A stretch of DNA of 42,010 bases. Origin: Candidatus Omnitrophota bacterium (lineage in GTDB: Bacteria > Omnitrophota > Gorgyraeia > Duberdicusellales > 4484-171). Where the stretch lies: positions 1 to 42,010 of the forward strand of contig JAIPHS010000003.1 in NCBI GenBank assembly GCA_021735105.1. The letters are read 5' to 3'. A program made the position numbers and the translations under genes. Every line of letters starts with the position of its first letter. The first letter of the stretch is position 1. Below, piece after piece: positions 37,092-42,010 of this stretch. The notes below the pieces were generated by a model that was not told the origin of the DNA, ran no database searches, and was given only the letters and a program-made list of their open reading frames with translations.

Positions 37092-37123
37092 CAAAAAGGG
37101 AGAGGTCTTACTCTCTCTTTTTG
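37092..37123 (+). terminator. Intrinsic (possibly bidirectional) terminator
   Basis: CAAAAAGGGAGAG-GTCTTA-CTCTCTCTTTTTG. Confidence 0.8.
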
Positions 37124-37145
37124 TATTCTAGAAAAATCAAACCTC

Positions 37146-37174
37146 TTGACTAAAAGTTTTGTTTATGATAATCT
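37146..37174 (+). promoter_or_regulatory. Putative sigma70 promoter
   Basis: TTGACT-17 bp-TAATCT with extended -10 TG. Confidence 0.55.
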
Positions 37175-37308
37175 AAATTGCTTGATTTTTAAGGGATTTT
37201 AGAAGATTCTACCTGAAAATTTATTAAGTGTTAAGTAAAGAAGGTAAATCTATAAAATTTATTAAGGGGGCATAACCCTAAATAATTACATTTTCAATGG
37301 GAGGAAGT

Positions 37309-37944
37309 ATGAAGAACAAAATACTTTTGTTATTAGTTGTATCTGTTTTTATTCTAAATGGCTGTGCTGTGGTCTTTCAGAAAGGAAGGCGTTCTGATGT
37401 TGAAAAAATTGAAACTTTAAAAGAAGAGCTTGAAAGTTTAAAGCATGCAAGAAAAGTTTTAGAAAGACGTCTAGCCACAGAGTTGAAAAATCAAGATGTT
37501 CGTTTGGAGATGGCAGAAAAAGGACTAGTGATTACTTTTGTTGCGGAAGTTCTTTTTGACTCAGGTAAAGTAGATATAAAAAAAGACAGTGAAGCAATGT
37601 TAGATAAGGTAGCTAGGATTTTGAAAGAAGAGGTTCCCGATAATGAGATTGGCATAGAAGGCCATACTGATAATGTTCCGATTAAGCGTTCAGGTTGGGA
37701 TTCAAATTGGGAACTTTCAGCTCAACGTGCCTTAAGCGTCTTATATTACTTAGAAAAACAAGGAGTTAGTCCAAGAAGGCTTTCGGCAAGAGGGTATGGC
37801 CCTTATAAGCCAGTTGCTTCAAATGATACAAAAAAAGGGCGTCAATTAAATCGAAGAGTAGAAGTAGTAGTTTTACCTAAGGCAATGACTAAGATAGAAC
37901 CAAAAGATACTGAAGAAGTTTATTCAGAGGAGGAATTGAAATGA
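37309..37944 (+). CDS. OmpA/MotB-family peptidoglycan-binding lipoprotein
   Basis: Lipobox LNGC, short coiled coil, LFDSG, IEGHTDN, NWELS.QRA, GYG...P, NRRVE. SD GGAGG favours ATG 37309. Confidence 0.9.
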   Translation: MKNKILLLLVVSVFILNGCAVVFQKGRRSDVEKIETLKEELESLKHARKVLERRLATELKNQDVRLEMAEKGLVITFVAEVLFDSGKVDIKKDSEAMLDKVARILKEEVPDNEIGIEGHTDNVPIKRSGWDSNWELSAQRALSVLYYLEKQGVSPRRLSARGYGPYKPVASNDTKKGRQLNRRVEVVVLPKAMTKIEPKDTEEVYSEEELK

Positions 37945-38321
37945 AGAATAATGTTTGGATAATAAGCTTACTTGTTGGGCTTATGGTGGTTCTGGTTATA
38001 GGAGGAGTTTCTCTTTTGGTTAAAGTTAATACTTTATCGAAAGAATATAAACAAGAAAGTGCAAAAAATATAAGTTTAGAAAAAACTATAGAGGATTTAA
38101 AAGAGAAAAATGAAGGCCTTCAAGAAAAGGTTAGGCAGTTAGATGTACAGAATGTTTCCTCCAGTGAGGCTATAAGTAATTTAAAGAAAGAGAATAAGCA
38201 GCTTCTTGTGGATGTTGAACAGCTTGAGTCAAAAATTAAAACATCAGAGAAAGACAATCAATCGTTAGAAGAAGATTCTAGAAAAGAAGAGTCAGAAGAC
38301 GAAAGCTCTAAAAAGCAATAA
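37941..38321 (+). CDS. Membrane-anchored coiled-coil protein, function unknown
   Basis: N-terminal TM, heptad repeats, acidic tail; ATGA overlap with the upstream gene. Confidence 0.7.
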   Translation: MKNNVWIISLLVGLMVVLVIGGVSLLVKVNTLSKEYKQESAKNISLEKTIEDLKEKNEGLQEKVRQLDVQNVSSSEAISNLKKENKQLLVDVEQLESKIKTSEKDNQSLEEDSRKEESEDESSKKQ

Positions 38322-38349
38322 CTTTTGGGGTTTTATAACTTCGTTTTAT

Positions 38350-38373
38350 AAAAAAGGGGGCAGACGCCCCCTT
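38350..38373. terminator. GC-rich hairpin, terminator-like (T tract better on the minus strand)
   Basis: AAGGGGGC-AGAC-GCCCCCTT preceded by an A run. Confidence 0.55.
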
Positions 38374-38395
38374 AAATATTATATAGGCAGTTGAA

Positions 38396-39106
38396 ATGGG
38401 TTTAATGATTCCTTATCATGTTGCAATTATAATGGATGGTAATGGCCGGTGGGCCAAAGAAAAAGGGTTGTCTAGAACCGAAGGCCATAAACAAGGGGCT
38501 CAAAGGGTAAAAGAAGTAGCCAGAGAGGCAAAAAAGAAAGGAGTAAAAGTTTTAACTCTTTTTGCTTTTTCTACCGAAAATTGGAATAGGCCTAAGTCTG
38601 AGATAAAATATTTATTTAGTTATTTAAAAAAATTTCTAACTAATTACAAAGAAGAATTAATTAAAGAAGGTATAAAACTTAAAATAATCGGGCGTAGAGA
38701 TAAGCTTGGCAAGAAAATTCTTAATAAAATTAATGAAGTTGAAGAGGCTACCTCTGGTAATGCTGATTTTTTTCTAAATATCGCCATAGATTATGGCGGC
38801 CGGTGGGATATAGTTAATGCTGCCAAAGCAGTTATAAAAGCTGTAAATAATAATTCTTTAAAAGAAGAAAAAATAGATGAAAAAATATTTAACAATTATC
38901 TTTCTTTGTCGGAGTTTAGTGATCCGGATATTTTAGTAAGAACTTCTGGGGAAAAGAGAATTAGTAATTTTCTTGTTTGGCAAACTGCCTATACTGAGTT
39001 TTATTTCCCCAAAGTCTTATGGCCGGATTTTACTAAAGAATGGGTTGATAATATTATCGAAGAATATTCGGGGAGGGTAAGAAAGTTTGGACAAATCAAT
39101 GCTTAA
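38396..39106 (+). CDS. uppS: Undecaprenyl diphosphate synthase (isoprenyl transferase)
   Basis: HVAIIMDGNGRWA, FSTENW.RP, YGGR, RTSGE.R.SNFL.WQ, WPDF, R.FG. Confidence 0.97.
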   Translation: MGLMIPYHVAIIMDGNGRWAKEKGLSRTEGHKQGAQRVKEVAREAKKKGVKVLTLFAFSTENWNRPKSEIKYLFSYLKKFLTNYKEELIKEGIKLKIIGRRDKLGKKILNKINEVEEATSGNADFFLNIAIDYGGRWDIVNAAKAVIKAVNNNSLKEEKIDEKIFNNYLSLSEFSDPDILVRTSGEKRISNFLVWQTAYTEFYFPKVLWPDFTKEWVDNIIEEYSGRVRKFGQINA

Positions 39107-39890
39107 AAGATTAATATTTTCTATTGTTTTAGCTGTTGTAGCAGTTATGGGAATTGTTTCTTATCCACTTTGCGGTATATTTGTGACTCTTTTTATATTT
39201 ATTGCACTTTATGAGTTTTTTTATATGGTTGAAAAGAAAAAGGTAAGAATGTTTAAGCCGGTAGGGCTTGCCATAGGCCTTTTAATTCCGATAACAATTT
39301 ATTTTGGTTTTTCAATAAAAGAAGGCTGGCAATTTCTTTTTGTGGTTGTAGGCTTATTTCTTTTATTTCTTTTGGAGTTAACTAAAAAAAGAGCTCATCA
39401 ACCAATACTTTCGATTTCAGCTACTATTTTTGGTGTTTTATATATTTCTTGGTGTTTTAGTTTTGTAATTAGGATTCGTCAGTTGCCGGAAGGTGCATTG
39501 CTTTTAGGCTTTTTGGTTTTAGTTACTAAATCGTCGGATATTGGAGCATATCTTTGGGGTAAAAGTTTTGGCAAAACTTCCTTGATAAAGAAGATAAGCC
39601 CTAAGAAGACCCTTGAGGGGACTGCTGGTGGATTTTTCACAAGTTTAGGAGTAGGTTTAATCTATTCATTATTTATTGAAAGCATTGGTTTTTGGGAAAA
39701 GTTTTTTTTAATTGTAATTTTAGCTGTTGTTTCTCAACTGGGGGATCTTTTTGAATCTTTAATTAAAAGAGATTGCCAGGTCAAGGATTCGGGAAAAATG
39801 TTTTTAACTATGGGAGGAGTTTTGGATGTTATCGATAGTTTGATTTTCACAGCCCCCACCTTTTATGTCTATATTACAATGATGCGCTAG
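39099..39890 (+). CDS. cdsA: Phosphatidate cytidylyltransferase
   Basis: DIGAY..G..FG, ISPKKT.EG, GDLFES..KR...VKDSG; uppS-cdsA-dxr-rseP synteny. Confidence 0.93.
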   Translation: MLKRLIFSIVLAVVAVMGIVSYPLCGIFVTLFIFIALYEFFYMVEKKKVRMFKPVGLAIGLLIPITIYFGFSIKEGWQFLFVVVGLFLLFLLELTKKRAHQPILSISATIFGVLYISWCFSFVIRIRQLPEGALLLGFLVLVTKSSDIGAYLWGKSFGKTSLIKKISPKKTLEGTAGGFFTSLGVGLIYSLFIESIGFWEKFFLIVILAVVSQLGDLFESLIKRDCQVKDSGKMFLTMGGVLDVIDSLIFTAPTFYVYITMMR

Positions 39891-39893
39891 GGG

Positions 39894-39940
39894 AGAAGAT
39901 AGAAGTTAGAAGATAGAAGATAGAAGTTAGAAGTTAGAAA
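39894..39940 (+). repeat. Heptamer tandem repeat (AGAAGWT)x6
   Basis: AGAAGAT AGAAGTT AGAAGAT AGAAGAT AGAAGTT AGAAGTT AGAAA. Confidence 0.9.
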
Positions 39941-39948
39941 TAAAGATT

Positions 39949-41109
39949 ATGCAAAAGAAAGTATTAGTTTTTGGTTCTACTGGTTCAGTTGGCAGAAATA
40001 GCCTAGAGGTTATAGAAAAAGCAGCAGATAAATTTGAGGTAGTAGGCCTTTGCGGCAATAGCAATATAAAAGAAATAGTTAAACAAATTAGGAAGTTTAG
40101 GCCAAAGTATTTATGCTTAAAAGATAAAGGTTCAGCTAATCAGCTAAAAAAAAGGACAAAGATAAAATTCAAGCTGTTTAGCGGTAAACAAGGATTAGAA
40201 AAGTTTTCTCGTATAAAATCTGATGTTTCAATTATGGCGATCTCGGGCATAGATTGCCTTAAGCCGCTGCTTATAAATATTGAATCCAGCAAGAGAATCG
40301 CCCTAGCTAATAAAGAAGCAGTAGTTACTGGAGCAAAATTTATTTTTCCTAAAGCAAAAAAATATAAAACAAAAATTATTCCTATAGATAGTGAGATAAA
40401 TGCAATATTTCAACTACTTAATTTAACTGAGTCAGGCAATAAGGAGATAGATAAAATTTATATTACAGCTTCAGGCGGTGCGCTTCTAAATTATGATAAA
40501 AAATCTTTGAAAAAAGTTACTGCTAAGCGTGTCTTAAAGCATCCAACTTGGGATATGGGAAAAAGAATTACTGTCGATAGCGCTACTTTAGTAAACAAAG
40601 GGTTTGAAGCAGTAGAAGCTCATAATTTTTTTAATATTGATTACAAAAATATTGAGATACTCCTGCATCGACAATCTTTGATGCATGCGATGATTCAGTT
40701 ATCCGATCAGAGTTGTTTTAGCTGCATCTATGCTCCAGATATGAAAAAACCTATATCTTATGCGCTTTTTTATCCAAAAAGGATGAAATTGCCAAAAATA
40801 GATTTAGATAAGGAAAAAAATAAATATAGCTTTTCGTATAGTCCTATACCTTATAAAAAATTTCCTTTATTAAAAATAATTTTAGAGGCTGGCAAACGTG
40901 ATGATAATTCTTTAGTTGTTTTGAATGCTTGCGATGAAGTAGTTGTTGATTTATTTTTAAATGGAAAAATTAAATTTACTCAAATTGAAGAAACTATTAA
41001 AAAAATATTTGAAAATTACCCATCTAAAAAAATAAAATCAATTGGTGATATATATAAATGGGATAATTGGGCTAGGAATAAAACAAAAGAAATATTAGGA
41101 GAGAAATGA
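39949..41109 (+). CDS. dxr: 1-deoxy-D-xylulose-5-phosphate reductoisomerase
   Basis: GSTGSVG, LANKE, PIDSE, TASGG, HPTW.MG.RITVDSAT..NKG.E, PDM..PI.YAL. Confidence 0.95.
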   Translation: MQKKVLVFGSTGSVGRNSLEVIEKAADKFEVVGLCGNSNIKEIVKQIRKFRPKYLCLKDKGSANQLKKRTKIKFKLFSGKQGLEKFSRIKSDVSIMAISGIDCLKPLLINIESSKRIALANKEAVVTGAKFIFPKAKKYKTKIIPIDSEINAIFQLLNLTESGNKEIDKIYITASGGALLNYDKKSLKKVTAKRVLKHPTWDMGKRITVDSATLVNKGFEAVEAHNFFNIDYKNIEILLHRQSLMHAMIQLSDQSCFSCIYAPDMKKPISYALFYPKRMKLPKIDLDKEKNKYSFSYSPIPYKKFPLLKIILEAGKRDDNSLVVLNACDEVVVDLFLNGKIKFTQIEETIKKIFENYPSKKIKSIGDIYKWDNWARNKTKEILGEK

Positions 41110-42010
41110 TATCATTTATTTTCAATTTTTTCATTATAGTTGTTGTTTTTAGTATTTTAATCATTGTGCATGAGTTCGGCCATTTTATTGCGGCAAGGTT
41201 GTCTGGGGTAAAAGTGACACATTTTTCAATTGGTTTTGGGCCGATCGTGTTTAAGAAAAAAATTAAACAAACAAATTTATTAATTTGCGCATTCCCTTTA
41301 GGTGGGTTTATAAAGATGGCTGGTGACAGCCGTTCTGAATCTCGAGGCTATCGTGATGAATTTTTTTCTAAATCTCCCGGAATACGGTCGATGATTGTTT
41401 TTGCCGGTCCATTATTTAACTACATTTTAGCTTTTTTTATGCTGGCAACTGTTGCAACTATCGGATATTCTGTTGAAGATAGTGTCGTCGGATCTGTAGA
41501 AAAAGGGTCTCCAGCTCAACAAGCTGGAATTCAACGAGGGGATAAAATAATTTCTCTTGGAAACAAAAAGGTTGAGTCTTGGCCGCAACTTCAAGATAAA
41601 ATTTATCAGACTAAAGAGCCAGTAAATTTAAGCCTAGAGAGAAATGGTGACAAGATAAATTTAGATGTTCCTGTAGCAGAAAAAAAGATTACTAATGAAT
41701 TGGGTAGAGAAGTTAAAGTTTCTTATATTGGGATTAACGCCTACGGGCCAATAATTGGAGAAGTTATCGAAAATTACCCGGCTCAACAAGCAGGGCTTAA
41801 AAAGGGTGATAAAATATTAGCGGTAAATAATAAAGATGTAGTAAGTTGGCAAGGCTTAGCTAAAGAAATACAGGATTCGAAGGACCCTGTCCACTTAAAG
41901 GTAGAAAGAAATAGTAAGGTTTTTTCTCTAAAAGTTCCAGTTAAAAAAGAAGAGTTTAAAAATTTTAAATCTGGAAAAAAATATATTTCAGTAATTGGCA
42001 TTAAACCGTT
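41106..42010 (+). CDS. rseP: RIP metalloprotease RseP with at least two PDZ domains (3'-truncated by the window)
   Basis: MISFIF...VHEFGHF, FSIGFGP, PLGGFIKMAG, AGPLFN, and two PA..AG...GD.I PDZ motifs; ATGA overlap with dxr. Confidence 0.95.
   Translation, partial: MISFIFNFFIIVVVFSILIIVHEFGHFIAARLSGVKVTHFSIGFGPIVFKKKIKQTNLLICAFPLGGFIKMAGDSRSESRGYRDEFFSKSPGIRSMIVFAGPLFNYILAFFMLATVATIGYSVEDSVVGSVEKGSPAQQAGIQRGDKIISLGNKKVESWPQLQDKIYQTKEPVNLSLERNGDKINLDVPVAEKKITNELGREVKVSYIGINAYGPIIGEVIENYPAQQAGLKKGDKILAVNNKDVVSWQGLAKEIQDSKDPVHLKVERNSKVFSLKVPVKKEEFKNFKSGKKYISVIGIKP

Noticed and set aside
39894-39940. Repeat tracts as a CRISPR array
   Set aside because: Units are 7 bp with no spacers, and there are no cas genes.

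Overview
AT-rich (roughly 30-33% GC by eye), lysine-rich, densely packed bacterial chromosome segment of mostly housekeeping genes. LptF/G, a LpxL-like acyltransferase and Lnt indicate a diderm. The gene style suggests a PVC-related lineage such as Omnitrophota (inference only). Order: lnt (5'-truncated), LpxL-like acyltransferase, TPR/beta-barrel outer-membrane protein, long coiled-coil protein, LacI regulator, class II RNR nrdJ behind two NrdR boxes, holB-ricT-metG-tatD-mtnA-tsaE-tsaB-alr, the opposite-strand comF-lptF-lptG unit, RluA, DUF192, a ~15 kb argCJBDFGH-lysA-dapF-dapA-dapB-dapL-ybhB-eno-ftsB run, initiator tRNA-fMet, three small orphan genes, an OmpA/MotB lipoprotein with a coiled-coil partner, and uppS-cdsA-dxr-rseP (3'-truncated). 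I found no transposase, integrase, CRISPR array or defence system. The best leads are: an unannotated, stand-alone 33-aa CCCH zinc-finger microprotein with its own promoter, SD and terminator; a GC-rich intergenic element built of GAA triloops and tandem G.A pairs; several 6-7-mer tandem repeat tracts, one of which extends DapB; repeated leaderless promoter architecture; and an uncharacterised envelope-spanning gene trio.
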